NCBI GenBank assembly: GCA_963847185.1
Contig: CAWJYV010000010.1
Location: forward strand, 160,001 to 224,000
Reading direction: 5' to 3'
Origin: an uncultured Methanosarcinaceae archaeon
GTDB taxonomy: Archaea > Halobacteriota > Methanosarcinia > Methanosarcinales > Methanosarcinaceae
Length of the DNA stretch: 64,000 nucleotides
The position numbers and the translations under genes were made by a program. Below the pieces are notes generated by a model that was not told where the DNA came from, did not search any database, and worked only from the letters and a program-made list of their open reading frames with translations. Of this stretch, positions 42,801-53,563 are shown one piece after another (positions within the stretch are counted from its first letter, which is position 1; every line of letters begins with the position of its first letter).

Positions 42801-44318
42801 ATGGACCACGATCATACCTCTGACTCTCAAATCGACTGGCAATATGCTGAAGAATGTAGCAGGGGGAGCTGCGACTTAAAAGAGCTTACAAGAAGCATTG
42901 ATTGGAAACAGGGACTTGCAATTGCCCTCGGTGTTCCTTTACTGATTCTGCCTTCAATAGGTTACTTTACAAACTATGTCTGGGCTTTTTCAATAATTGT
43001 CTGGGGCCTGACAATTCTACTTGGCTTTTTCCAGAACCTTGCATTCGGAGAACTTGCAACTGTCTTTCCAAAAGCTTCAGGGCTTCCTGGTTATACCCAG
43101 ACGGTCTTTGGTTCAAATTCCAATAAAAACAATCAAGGGAAATTCAAATTCGGAAAATTTATAGGTGGCTTCAGTGCCTGAAGCTACTGGTTTGGCTGGA
43201 GCCCTGTGCTTGCAATCTATGCAATCCTGATAGGAAGCTACATTAAAGGCCTTGTCCCGTCTTTTGCCGATTTTCCGGATACCCTGCTCTCCTTGATTGT
43301 CGGAGCCGTAATTTTCGGATCTCTTGCAGTTATAAACTCAAAAGGGCTGAAGAACGGAGCAAGAGCCGGATACTTCCTGGCTGTGATCTCGCTTATCCCA
43401 CTTATAGTTATTACCATTGCGCCTTTCCTTACAGGAGATTTCCACCTTGTCAATATAACGGGTTCCTGGTTCCCTGCGGACTGGACCTGGGATTTGGAAC
43501 ATATCTTAATTCTCTTTGGAATATTTGCAATGGCGGAATGGAGCGCCTGTTCCTGGGAGACTGCAGCAATTTACGGGCCCGAGTATAAGAATCCAGATAC
43601 CGATACTCCAAAAGCCCTGCTGGTATGCGGAGTAATATGCCTTGTGCTCTATTTACTTGTCCAGACATCAATAATCGGCACTCTCGGAGTTGAAGGAGTA
43701 CTTTCAGAACCTATATCCCCTATGCTTCCGGTTGCTAATCTTACACTTGGCACGCTTGGAGCTTCAATTGCGATCGTTATGCTTGTCGGAGCAATGCTTC
43801 TCATTATCCAGACTGCATTTCTCTCCTCTGCAAGATCAATATATTCAATGTCAGCCGAAGGTAATCTGCCTTCATTCCTGAGTAAACTGAACTCTCACGG
43901 GCATCCGATGAATGCAATGATTGCAGACGCCCTGTTTAACATGTGCCTGATCCTTTTAGGGACCCCGACTGCAATTCTTGCAGCTTCTGCAATAGGATAT
44001 ATCTTTGCAAACGGAATAAGCCTCTATACCTATGTCAAGGTTAGAAATGACCCTGAACTCTCAAAATTGAAAAGACCTTTCAAAGCTCCTGATGGCTGGC
44101 AAACCGTAGCAATGCTAACTGCAATATTGAATATTCCTTTCTTCCTTGTAGGTATTATCTACCTTAACAGCCTCGAACTGGGCTGGGCTACGACAGGTGT
44201 CGGCTTCTTCGTACTCTGTCTCTATATTCCACTCTGGTTCTATTCCCAGAGAGAAGCAAAAAAAGTAACAGAAGCAAAGAAAGAAAAAGCTGCAGAAAAA
44301 GATGTAGCTCTGAATTAA
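42801..44318 (+). pseudogene. mtbP: Dimethylamine permease (APC family), interrupted by in-frame TGA
   Basis: A single 506-codon frame with TGA at 43179-81 in the context GGFSA*SYWFGWSPV; multiple TM helices. Confidence 0.8.
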
Positions 44319-44391
44319 TTTTCAGCATGAGTTCCAGAATATAGTTGCCTGGAACAAAGATATAATCAGCAAAAATCAACAAGAAGAAGTT

Positions 44392-44430
44392 CCGGAACAC
44401 TACAGTTCCGGTTTTTTCTTTTTGTTTTTC
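44392..44430 (+). terminator. Hairpin + T-tract after the mtb operon
   Basis: CCGGAAC-ACTACA-GTTCCGG followed by TTTTTTCTTTTGTTTTT. Confidence 0.6.
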
Positions 44431-44517
44431 CTTTTCAAGTCTTAATTCTACTTTATTTTTCCAGTCTTAAGGCAAAAGTTAAAGGGTTAAGAGTTAAAAG
44501 AAAGAAGAAAAGGAAAG

Positions 44518-45825
44518 TTATTCCAGCATCCATCTCCATACTGATTTAACCATTATTTTTTTCTTCCCGCCCTCGCCTTCAATTTCCAGAATTTCGTCGT
44601 CGTCCATAGTTAGAATAAGCCCTTCGGAAAGCCCATAGTTTTCCATAGCTTCCATAAGTCCGAGAATTTCCCTCTCCCTGGATGTCGGGGTTCCAAAGTA
44701 GATTGAGACCTGAATTGCAGCCGAAACTTCCTGGCTGTCTTTTTCCTTGATAAGAAAGTCGCATTCCCTCTGACCCTGGAAATAGAATACCTGTTTTTCC
44801 TGCCTGAGCAGTTCAAGAAATACAAGGTTTTCAAATCTCAGTCCAAGGCTGTCAGGATAATTGGGATATACCGCCTTAAAGAAACCCGTATCTCCTGTAT
44901 AAACTTTACAGGGAATTTCTGCTTTTTCTTCACTTATAGGAAGGTGATTGAGTTTAGGAACCCGGTAAAGAAGAAAAATGTCTTCCAGATAATTCATATA
45001 GCTGCGGATAGTTTCTTCATTTTCGATTCCACTTACCTTTTTTAAAGTATCAAAAGAGTATTCCGAGGCCATATTCGAGATAAGGAATATGGCAAGTTTT
45101 TTTAATTCACTGCTGTCCTGGATGTTATTTCCTGCAGCAGTTCCTTGCCGCAGAATTTCCCCAAAATATTTCTGAACAAGCCTGATATCCCCGTTCTTGA
45201 TTACAGCCGGAAAGCCACCATTTTCAAAGTACTGCAGGAACATGCATAGCATTTCATCACATCGAGAAGGAGTAAGAAAGTTTGGTTTTGGTATTCTGGC
45301 ACCTTTCAGGAGAAGGTATTCTTTGAAAGAGAAGGGAAGAAGCTTTAAAATTTTGCTTTTACCTTCAAACCTGGAAGAATAATCTCCTGCTTGCAGAATT
45401 GAACTAGAAGAAGTTATGAAAATGCCTGTCGCCTGCCTGTATAGCTTTTCAACCCAGTTATCCCAGCCAGGGACATTCTGTATTTCATCTAAAAAATAGT
45501 AAGTCTTTGCTTTTTCGTTTATTTCGTTTCTCTCAAGTTCCTCTTTGTAAATTTCGGCTGCAACCTCCTCGATGATCTGGAAACCTTCCTTGCCTGATTC
45601 CTGAATTTTGTTATCATCAAAATTAATATAAATTTTTACACCCTGCAGCCCGGCGGCAAGCTGGCTCAGGAGGGAGGTTTTGCCTGCACGTAGAGACCCG
45701 GAAATAAATGTGATTTCATTTTTTTCCAGACAGGCAGGAAGAGAAATACGGGAAGTTAAATCGGAGGAATTTTGAAAAAGAGTTTGATGAGTTCGCATCA
45801 GGGGGAGAAGTTCAGATTCTTGCAT
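44518..45825 (-). CDS. AAA+ ATPase (AAA_14 + DUF4143 type)
   Basis: GSLRAGKT Walker A, FLDEIQ Walker B, FENLV and ECDF..IQV C-terminal domain. Confidence 0.88.
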   Translation of the reverse strand: MQESELLPLMRTHQTLFQNSSDLTSRISLPACLEKNEITFISGSLRAGKTSLLSQLAAGLQGVKIYINFDDNKIQESGKEGFQIIEEVAAEIYKEELERNEINEKAKTYYFLDEIQNVPGWDNWVEKLYRQATGIFITSSSSILQAGDYSSRFEGKSKILKLLPFSFKEYLLLKGARIPKPNFLTPSRCDEMLCMFLQYFENGGFPAVIKNGDIRLVQKYFGEILRQGTAAGNNIQDSSELKKLAIFLISNMASEYSFDTLKKVSGIENEETIRSYMNYLEDIFLLYRVPKLNHLPISEEKAEIPCKVYTGDTGFFKAVYPNYPDSLGLRFENLVFLELLRQEKQVFYFQGQRECDFLIKEKDSQEVSAAIQVSIYFGTPTSREREILGLMEAMENYGLSEGLILTMDDDEILEIEGEGGKKKIMVKSVWRWMLE

Positions 45826-46121
45826 ATTATCGAAATAATTTGTGAGTTTAGACTATATAGTTATTCTGGCACAAATAAAAATTTTTAGTGGATAGTAGAC
45901 CCTGATCGACCAGATATAAAAAACTATTGCAGATTACTAATCCACATTTTCGGGAACGCAAGGGACTCCATTGTAATATTCAGTATAATTTAACATCAAT
46001 AAAAATAGGCCTGAACGAATTTTACAGAAACATATAAATAAAGGAGTAAATATAATCTCTAGGAAAAAATAAGGGCACATTAGCTACCTGAGATTATATA
46101 ATTCTAAAAACTATCAGGGAC

Positions 46122-46319
46122 TTAGTCTTTTTTTGGCTCATAAACTGTTTTCTTTTTTCCGCATCTTGAGCATACAAAATACTTTTCTTTTACATTTGAA
46201 GAATATATGTTCAAACCACCACTTCTCTCCCATTTATGAAATCCAAAGAAGCACAAAATTCCTCTCCTTTTACTTTTTCCACAAATACGAAATGGAGCCC
46301 TATAATTCAATGATTTCAC
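46122..46319 (-). CDS. Small Cys/His Zn-finger protein (DUF1660-like)
   Basis: LCFFGFHKW...CSRCG. Confidence 0.55.
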   Translation of the reverse strand: MKSLNYRAPFRICGKSKRRGILCFFGFHKWERSGGLNIYSSNVKEKYFVCSRCGKKKTVYEPKKD

Positions 46320-46336
46320 CGCTTTTGATAATTACG

Positions 46337-46463
46337 GAGCTTATCCCTAAACAGGTTCTGATTCCATAGTAAAAGTTTCGGAGCTGTTTTTGTAATCAGA
46401 AACTCGATTTGTTATTAATAATTTGAGATTCAGAGAACTAATTTTGGGTTTAAATATTAGCTT
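46337..46463. mobile_element. Possible decayed IS5-type MITE
   Basis: Left end GAGCTTATCCCTAAAC resembles the IS5 end at 53550-62; weak inverted partner (11/16). Confidence 0.25.
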
Positions 46464-46505
46464 ATTAAATGATAAAGTGATTATTGAATTACTCAATCAC
46501 TCAGT

Positions 46506-47129
46506 TTAATCAGTTTGCATAGCTATAACAGTTTCATTTACTACAGCTCTGTCTCCCTGGAGCTCATTTCCAGAATAAGGGTCAAATAACATGGTATAGT
46601 TGACATAAGCAACTTCACCAGGCAATAACATATCCCCATTGTTAACTTTAACCAGACCAGCCCTGTTTAAGTCATCAAGATCAATGTACGTATTTCCGTT
46701 AGTATTACTGTAGAGATTAATGATGTTAACATTATTATATTTAATTTCAGTTATCTGGATCCATTTACTAATGTCAGTTTCCCCTCTCCTGGTACCTGGT
46801 TCGTTAGTTATCCCACTGTTAATTTCATCATCCCTTTCAGCATCCGTGTCGTCACTGATCTCCTGGTCGGTAACATCAACTTCCAAATAAACATCTTTTG
46901 CTACTACAGATCTGATATTTTCGACATCAATTGATTCTGTCCTGTACGCGCCTGGAGGAACATTCTGAAAGTTAAAACTATGAGAAATACTAATATCCAG
47001 AGTTCCTGCAATAAGTGAATTATCATTACTCGTTTCTGTATCAATAAAATATGCCCACGTTCCGGCACCTGCCAGAATTATAGCTGTGCCTATCATGAAT
47101 AAGCTTAAAATCAATTTTCTATTTTCCAT
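46506..47129 (-). CDS. TasA/camelysin-like protein with SipW-class signal peptide (paralog 2)
   Basis: GAGTWA|YFIDTETSNDNSLIAGTLDI; NVPPG; C-terminal GNELQGD. Confidence 0.85.
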   Translation of the reverse strand: MENRKLILSLFMIGTAIILAGAGTWAYFIDTETSNDNSLIAGTLDISISHSFNFQNVPPGAYRTESIDVENIRSVVAKDVYLEVDVTDQEISDDTDAERDDEINSGITNEPGTRRGETDISKWIQITEIKYNNVNIINLYSNTNGNTYIDLDDLNRAGLVKVNNGDMLLPGEVAYVNYTMLFDPYSGNELQGDRAVVNETVIAMQTD

Positions 47130-47291
47130 CTCATATACCTTCTCTCTTACGCACCTGAATTTAGATTAATTGAATCGTAAAGATAAAATTGCCTGATTTT
47201 TCGTTCTTTATATTTGATGCATACTAGATCTGGCTGAGAACATCCAGATTTTTAGGAGTTGATTTTATAGTCCAAAGAACAGGTTATTTGA

Positions 47292-48332
47292 CTATTTTTC
47301 AAAAGTAGTATCAAAATAAATATACAATATATCATTATGGACAAAGAAATATCTGCAGGTTTCTGCGTCGTGAATTACTCGTTCATTCATATCAACAGCG
47401 GCGTCGACAAGATCCTGTAATGAATGAATATCAATTTGCACAAGGAAATTTCTATCTGGAAGTTTGCCTTTACTAATAAATTCTTTAAATGGCGAATATT
47501 TTTGTTCTTTTTCCAGTTTTTCTATATACTCCTGGTCAACTTTGCTCATTCTCATACAGAAAAATAGCATCCCTACCATAACTGTACTGAAAAGGAACAG
47601 AAATAGAGGGGATCTAACAGCTGGTAATGAAAGATTTTTGTGTACTCTAAATTTTTTATACGTTTCATTAACTTCGTTAAACTCCAGTTCTTCAGGTATC
47701 TGATAATACGAAGGACCAATGATTAGTGGAATAGCAAAATTTGTTTCCCCATTAACATCCTCCCAATTTATTTTTCCTTCATAGTTGACCTGAGTGACAA
47801 TTTCTACCGTTGTGTCTTGAGAATATTGCAACTGATCCTGCACTTTTCTGATTTTTTCCTGTATCTCAGGCACATCAAGGGAAAAGTTGTGAACAAGTAC
47901 CACTTTGTCTTTAATGTCAACAGCATCAATATGTTTCAATGGGAACTTTTTCTGCCAGAAAATTGTTTTGTTTTCCCCTGACCCTTCATGACTGGTTGCA
48001 ACAATCATTGTTTTTCGCTCTACGCTGAGGTCAGCTGAATCGGAAGCATTGAAGGCGTACGTGAATGAGAAGTCGAGAGTAGGAGATACGGCAAAGAAAT
48101 ATGCTGGTTTCCCCATTTCTAATATTGTTCCTTTAGGATAGAGAGGATTTATCTCTGTCACCGGGACCGTATATGTATAATTGCCGCGTTGTGCATATGA
48201 AGAAACCAGTTGCTCCTGGTCTTCGTACGCAGTTTCTCTATATATCCCATAAGTCCAGAAACTAGAAAAGATTGCTATCACTACGAGTAAAAAAATAAGT
48301 ATTTTAGCCCTGGATATCAGGAGATTTTTCAA
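47292..48332 (-). CDS. DUF5305-like membrane protein
   Basis: N-terminal TM, NPLYPKGTIL..PAYF, second TM, and C-terminal SLQDLVDAAVDMNERVIHD. Confidence 0.7.
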   Translation of the reverse strand: MKNLLISRAKILIFLLVVIAIFSSFWTYGIYRETAYEDQEQLVSSYAQRGNYTYTVPVTEINPLYPKGTILEMGKPAYFFAVSPTLDFSFTYAFNASDSADLSVERKTMIVATSHEGSGENKTIFWQKKFPLKHIDAVDIKDKVVLVHNFSLDVPEIQEKIRKVQDQLQYSQDTTVEIVTQVNYEGKINWEDVNGETNFAIPLIIGPSYYQIPEELEFNEVNETYKKFRVHKNLSLPAVRSPLFLFLFSTVMVGMLFFCMRMSKVDQEYIEKLEKEQKYSPFKEFISKGKLPDRNFLVQIDIHSLQDLVDAAVDMNERVIHDAETCRYFFVHNDILYIYFDTTFEK

Positions 48333-48519
48333 TTTAAGAAACGCTATTTCAAGCGTTTTAGTCGCCCCCTCATCTAAATTCAGCTTTTAATATGTATGCA
48401 TGTTCAGATATATAATTTTTTAGACAGTTGTTGGCACGTATTATATTAGTTAGTTTTTATATGAAAGAGATAGGAAATAAAGTTAAAGATAATCTCATTA
48501 GAAGAAATCCTTCGTGATT

Positions 48520-49548
48520 TTATTCCAATGAAGTGCTTTTTTCAACTGTATAAACAAATTGTAAAGTTTTGGTTCTTTTCACTTTCCTGCCAATTACTGT
48601 TCTCCGATACCACAAGGGAAAAAGAAATAGGGTAAAAAGGAAGGTGTAAAATACAACTTCGGCAACCGCAGGAAGATAAGGGTTTAATTCTGCCAGTAAG
48701 ATTATCCAGAAAACCGGCAGAATATAAGGCACCGAACTTATCGTTGCAGGGGTGCTTTCTGGAGCAGTGACATGAGTATCACTGTTCCGGGGAATAACTG
48801 CATACCAGGGTTCAACAGAAAGTCTATGCCCGGAATCTTTCAATGTAAGTACATATACAGAAGGAAGAAAACCCGAGTTTTCTATTGTATTTTCTCTTTG
48901 AAGAATTGTAGGCCCATTTTCACCCAAATTATCTATGACAACCCCTGTGAAAAAAAATCCACTTGTTAAAATGACAGCAGCAAGGATTTTTATCCGTATC
49001 GAATAAAAAGTACGTTTTGAGACCTTTTTATTCTTACATTCGATTTTGCGGGCATGGATAGGGTTGGAATAATTGAAAGCTCCCTTAATTTCATCCAGTA
49101 TTATGATGGCTGCAGGAATTATGATTGTAAATAAAAAAATTGTCTTATTTTTTGAGGCTTCAGGCAGATATCCTGCAAAAGGAATTAAAAAAACCAGTTT
49201 TCCAGCTACATCAGATGCTGGAACTTCAAAAAGATCTTCCTCCTCATTTGCATCTCCTTTTGTCTTGAAAACTCGTTCTTCACCTTCTTTAATGTTGATA
49301 ATTCTGTGTGTGACGAATGTATCTTTGCCCCCGGGATCTTTGAAAGCTATTACTTCCCCGACAGTAAGTTCATCTGGACTGATGGCTTCCACAATAATCA
49401 GATCTCCAACCAGCATCAAAGGTGTCATACTCCCACTCAATACGACCAGAGCTCTCTCTGATCCTGTCACGAATGGTATTAAGGTGCTGATCAGGAGTAT
49501 TACAATTAAAGACGCAGTCGCTGTATGAACAGTTTCTTTTTTCTCCAT
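48520..49548 (-). CDS. sipW: Signal peptidase I, SipW/ER-type, with C-terminal membrane extension
   Basis: VLSGSMTP, GDLI, VTHRI (His base), TKGDAN and IPFAGY. Confidence 0.88.
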   Translation of the reverse strand: MEKKETVHTATASLIVILLISTLIPFVTGSERALVVLSGSMTPLMLVGDLIIVEAISPDELTVGEVIAFKDPGGKDTFVTHRIINIKEGEERVFKTKGDANEEEDLFEVPASDVAGKLVFLIPFAGYLPEASKNKTIFLFTIIIPAAIIILDEIKGAFNYSNPIHARKIECKNKKVSKRTFYSIRIKILAAVILTSGFFFTGVVIDNLGENGPTILQRENTIENSGFLPSVYVLTLKDSGHRLSVEPWYAVIPRNSDTHVTAPESTPATISSVPYILPVFWIILLAELNPYLPAVAEVVFYTFLFTLFLFPLWYRRTVIGRKVKRTKTLQFVYTVEKSTSLE

Positions 49549-49649
49549 GTCCCCCCCTCTACCAAACTTGTTACTTAATGCATCAATTTAAATTTCCACA
49601 ATAACCAAGAGTTTTTGAGTCTATTAATATTCATCAAAATCCATTTCTT

Positions 49650-50198
49650 CTACAAAGTTGCTGTATAATTCTCTACAGTAGACCCATCTCCCATCGTTAT
49701 ATTAACAGTGAACGGGAGATTATCCGAAACTGTATTATTAAAATAAAAAGATATAGTTGGATAGGAGTCTTTCATAAGCAAATAATTTGTCCCATCAATT
49801 ATGTCCCCAGAGAGTCTAATGTCCCCAGAGAGTTCACTGCCATTAAAAAAATCGTCATCACTTTCTATTCCTATTTTTGTTATACATCTGTCTTTGGAGG
49901 AGTTAATCCACGATACCTGAATTTTGTCAATAGTTACATTTCGAAATCCTGTAACTTCAAGTTCCAAAGAAGGTTTATAACTACTTGGTTTCCTATTCGG
50001 CCAGACTTTGCTGTCGGTTATTTCGAGAGAATCGGCTTCACTACCCCATATGCCTGCAGTAAGCATGTTTCCTGTATCATAATCCGAATCGGAAAAATAT
50101 GCTAACGTACTGATGTTTCTGGTGCATATACCATTTAATGATAAAGATGAAGTAAATAATATGCAAAGTAGTATGAATTTAGTTGTTTTCTTCATCAT
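49650..50198 (-). CDS. SipW-dependent secreted protein (TapA-like position)
   Basis: STLA|YFSDSDYDTGNMLTAGIW SipW-class motif; beta-rich mature region. Confidence 0.75.
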   Translation of the reverse strand: MMKKTTKFILLCILFTSSLSLNGICTRNISTLAYFSDSDYDTGNMLTAGIWGSEADSLEITDSKVWPNRKPSSYKPSLELEVTGFRNVTIDKIQVSWINSSKDRCITKIGIESDDDFFNGSELSGDIRLSGDIIDGTNYLLMKDSYPTISFYFNNTVSDNLPFTVNITMGDGSTVENYTATL

Positions 50199-50584
50199 TG
50201 TCTTTTCCCATTTCCCATAGATTTTTTTATTTCTTGAATTGACAAGATAACCGCTATATCAAACGAATCTTTCCTGTTCACTACTTGTAGCACAAAATAC
50301 TCGGGAATATGACCAAACTCAGTACTTGCATATACAGACGTCAGATTCATAGGTAACTTCCACATTTTTGTTAATCATTCTCAAAAAATATTAATAGTTT
50401 TACGAAACTGGTAAGTTTTAATTTAAATCATATTTATACCGGTGAATCTGAAGAAGCAAATAATACAAGCCTAATAACATACGCAGCTGAATGTAAAATA
50501 TTCAAATTTATTCTCAGATAAAAATAGTAAATTAAATAGTGAGTATTGACCCACTACTTATACTAGATATACTGATCCATATTA

Positions 50585-51238
50585 TTAATCTAGTTCTTCT
50601 TGTTCAAGCGTATATGTAACATCAAAGCTGACAGTGTCTCCTTGTATTGAATTACCAGTATCCCCTGGAACTCTCCACTTGAAATAGACATCGTATCGAG
50701 CACCGGAATCCATTAATATCAAGGCTTTATCAAAATCATCTCCGTCATAGGAATTTATTGTAGCATAGTAAGTTTCTGCGCTGGGAGATTCAGGAGCTGA
50801 GATAACAGTCCCATCAGATTTCAATATCATATCGTTTTGCGTAAATGTTCCCCCACCATCTACATCGATAAATACTAACATTTCTGCTTCCCCTCCGAGT
50901 TCCCCTGATCCACTTTCTTCATATTCAGTACCTCCTATGCCATTTGTATTTGTGATTGCGGAAAATGTGATATCCAGTTCTCCCTCCAGAGAACCAATAT
51001 TTCTGATTGTCTGATTTTCAGTACCAAAGTCCCCGGGAGCTACACCGTCGGGAAATGGATGTAAAGTTGTACCAACTACAAATGGAGCATTGGTCAAAGT
51101 AAGATCAATTGTTCCTGCAGTAAGAGTATTGTCGTTACTATATTCTGTATCCTGGAAGTATGCCCATGTTGCAGATCCTGCCAGAGCACAAATTATGCCT
51201 ATTATGAGCACACTCATAAATATTTTCTTGTTGAACAT
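50585..51238 (-). CDS. TasA/camelysin-like protein with SipW-class signal peptide (paralog 1)
   Basis: GSATWA|YFQDTEYSNDNTLTAGTIDL; VAPGD..IRNIGSL; C-terminal GNSIQGD..FDVTYTLEQ. Confidence 0.88.
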   Translation of the reverse strand: MFNKKIFMSVLIIGIICALAGSATWAYFQDTEYSNDNTLTAGTIDLTLTNAPFVVGTTLHPFPDGVAPGDFGTENQTIRNIGSLEGELDITFSAITNTNGIGGTEYEESGSGELGGEAEMLVFIDVDGGGTFTQNDMILKSDGTVISAPESPSAETYYATINSYDGDDFDKALILMDSGARYDVYFKWRVPGDTGNSIQGDTVSFDVTYTLEQEELD

Positions 51239-51938
51239 TTATTGATGCCTCTTTGAATTGTCAATATTTTTATTGTTGATACGCTGGCGATCATTAAAGC
51301 AAAAGAGAGGAAAGCAGAAAGAAAAGATTAGTAATGCATTGTGGATTATATGTACTTTGATGGATTTTTCTTCGACCTTCCTGTGGATTCCAAAAATATC
51401 AAAACAACTTTACTTACTGAAAGTTCTTTTAACACCAGCCATAAATTACCCCCTGTCACTTGAAAAAACGTATAAAGCCATAGTTTGTAAATAAATTTGC
51501 AGAGCAGATCTTAGATAACTTTGAAAAATTATTTAAAATTATTACAAATTTTTTTACATAGTAATTCACACGTAACTATTTAAATTTATTTAAGAAAGAA
51601 TAAACTTATTTAAGAATGAATAGTAACATAATGGCAATTGATGACTAGAAACATCTAAAAGCGCTTTATAAGTAACGAGTCTTGACATTAAAAGAGAATT
51701 CTCAAGGTTAAAATACGGTTTTTTTAGATCAAACCAAGTTACTTCATGATCTTACACGTTTCGTGGATTGATAATATTTCAAAATAATTGAATCCAAATT
51801 TTGCTTTTTCTTTCCGGTTTTTATCGCTGCCGAGATCAGCCTGCTATACAAACACATAAAGCAAGCAAAGGCCATATTAACGAATGTTATGAAAAAAACA
51901 ATTCACGTATTGGTGGACGACCGGCTCATTGTTAACTC

Positions 51939-52235
51939 TCATTTAATTTTCTTTACATTTTTGTCCTTTTTATACTGCTCTCTGAGTCTCCTGATTTCTT
52001 CTGCTTGATCTTTTAGTTTGAGTACGAAAAAACCGAAACAGGACTTTGTATATCGAAATATAATATTATTCCCTAAAAAGCCAACAGGAGAAGTCTTACC
52101 CAGGAGAGTGATATCCTTTATTTTGTACCCGCCAGGTACAAGGTACATATTCTCCGAATTATCCTCGATAAAACTCTCACACTCTTGAAGAGTAGTATTT
52201 TTTAAAAGGATTTCAAAATCATAGTCTTCAAGCAC
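51939..52235 (-). CDS. DUF1894-like protein
   Basis: YDFEILLK..EC..FI..VPGGY..YTKSCFG pattern. Confidence 0.6.
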   Translation of the reverse strand: MLEDYDFEILLKNTTLQECESFIEDNSENMYLVPGGYKIKDITLLGKTSPVGFLGNNIIFRYTKSCFGFFVLKLKDQAEEIRRLREQYKKDKNVKKIK

Positions 52236-52347
52236 ACTATCCCTTCCTTTTATGATACTTTTGCTGGATCAATCTATAAAAAAGAAGAACAGAGACAAAA
52301 ACAGAAAAACGATTGGAATAAGGGCAATAGGAGCTTAAACCCTTTAA

Positions 52348-52518
52348 TTATTCCATCAAGCGTGAACGGTACATAAATCTTTGACAACTTTCGTAGTCGC
52401 CTTTGCAGTACTTCGATATCAAGTCGGCAGGTAACTTACCCTTTTTTGGGGAAACTTCGCATGTACAGGATTCGTCATTGGAGTTGGGATTCACTGTTAT
52501 AAGATAAGAACAACACAT
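52348..52518 (-). CDS. Small Cys-rich protein, 56 aa (below the ORF-track cutoff)
   Basis: GAGGTG RBS 6 nt before ATG; MCCSYLITVNPNSNDESCTCEVSPKKGKLPADLISKYCKGDYESCQRFMYRSRLME. Confidence 0.65.
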   Translation of the reverse strand: MCCSYLITVNPNSNDESCTCEVSPKKGKLPADLISKYCKGDYESCQRFMYRSRLME

Positions 52519-52658
52519 TCAAAACACCTCTAATATATTACCATCTGAATAATCCGTACATACATAAAACAATATCTCTGCCAGAGAGTTTACGGTTTTC
52601 AATAACTTGCACCACGACCTTAAAAGCTTAAGCGCTTAAAAAAGTGTAACATGGAAAA

Positions 52659-52958
52659 TTACAGCTTTTTATTGTATATGCTAATTTCAATTTCTTTTTC
52701 AAGACATTCGGAAAACAATGGAAATATTTCTTTAAAATGATTGGAGTTTATATGCTTATCGAGACTACTTTCATCGCGCCATTCTTCCAAAAAAGTAAGG
52801 ATTTCTGGGTTATTCGATTCCTGATAAAGCCCATATTCTATGCAGCCTTCTTCTTTTACTGTTTCATCAACAAGTTTTTTACACAAACCTATAAATTCTT
52901 GAATTTTTTCAGGTTTCACATAGCTTTTTGCAACAACTCTTATTGTCAATAAAACCAC
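52659..52958 (-). CDS. Antibiotic biosynthesis monooxygenase (ABM/YgiN-like) protein
   Basis: EEGCIEYGL..FLEEWRDESSLDKHINSNHF. Confidence 0.85.
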   Translation of the reverse strand: MVLLTIRVVAKSYVKPEKIQEFIGLCKKLVDETVKEEGCIEYGLYQESNNPEILTFLEEWRDESSLDKHINSNHFKEIFPLFSECLEKEIEISIYNKKL

Positions 52959-53329
52959 CAGCTTCTTAATTCTTAATTAACTTGTTTTACTAAAATTTCC
53001 AACTTTTCTTATCTCTATAGGATCTACTGTGGAAAACTTTTTGCATTTTCCTCATTCAAAGTAAGCCGGAAACATAGCCATTTTCTCAGAGCACGTTTTA
53101 ATAACAAATTTGTCTCTTTGAGTGTGTCACATACTATGATACTCTATAACATTTTACCAGTTTTTCCATTGGCAGCCAGTCTAATGGACATAAAAATACC
53201 ATTCATTATTTTTTTCCATTATCTTATTTCGTCTTCCAAGCTCCTTTTTTGGCTTTGTGAGTGGTATTTTATGGTTATGTTTTCTTCTATAATTCATCAG
53301 AGATCTTTGAGGAAAAATGTCATTTCCAT

Positions 53330-53563
53330 GTGAAAGTCCGAGCTCAGTTGTAGATCCACACTTGAGACGCAGGTACTGTAGGCAGGTGTTTTATGATACT
53401 TCAGTTAAGGCAAAGAGAGATTGTAAAAGAACAGATTCTCGGCTAAATAGATGCAGAAGACTGCTTGTACGATGGGAAAAGAAAATAGAGAATTACCCTC
53501 TACACTTCATTTAGCACATGCATGGATAAAACTAAAAGTAGCGGGACTTTTCGGATAAGCTCT
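53330..53563 (+). mobile_element. IS5-family 3' remnant
   Basis: RTDSRLNRCRRLLVRWEKKIENY (decayed IS5 C-terminal motif); end TTCGGATAAGCTC. Confidence 0.65.

Noticed and set aside
42066-42842. 258-aa minus-strand ORF
   Set aside because: Antisense to mtbB with no recognisable motifs.
43179-43181. Selenocysteine at the mtbP UGA
   Set aside because: The context suggests a Trp position in a membrane helix, and Methanosarcina is not known to encode Sec.
47260-49652. Pyrrolysine readthrough fusions at the TAG stops of 47292 and 49650
   Set aside because: Readthrough meets TAA within 9 and 25 codons respectively, with no fusion to the next gene.
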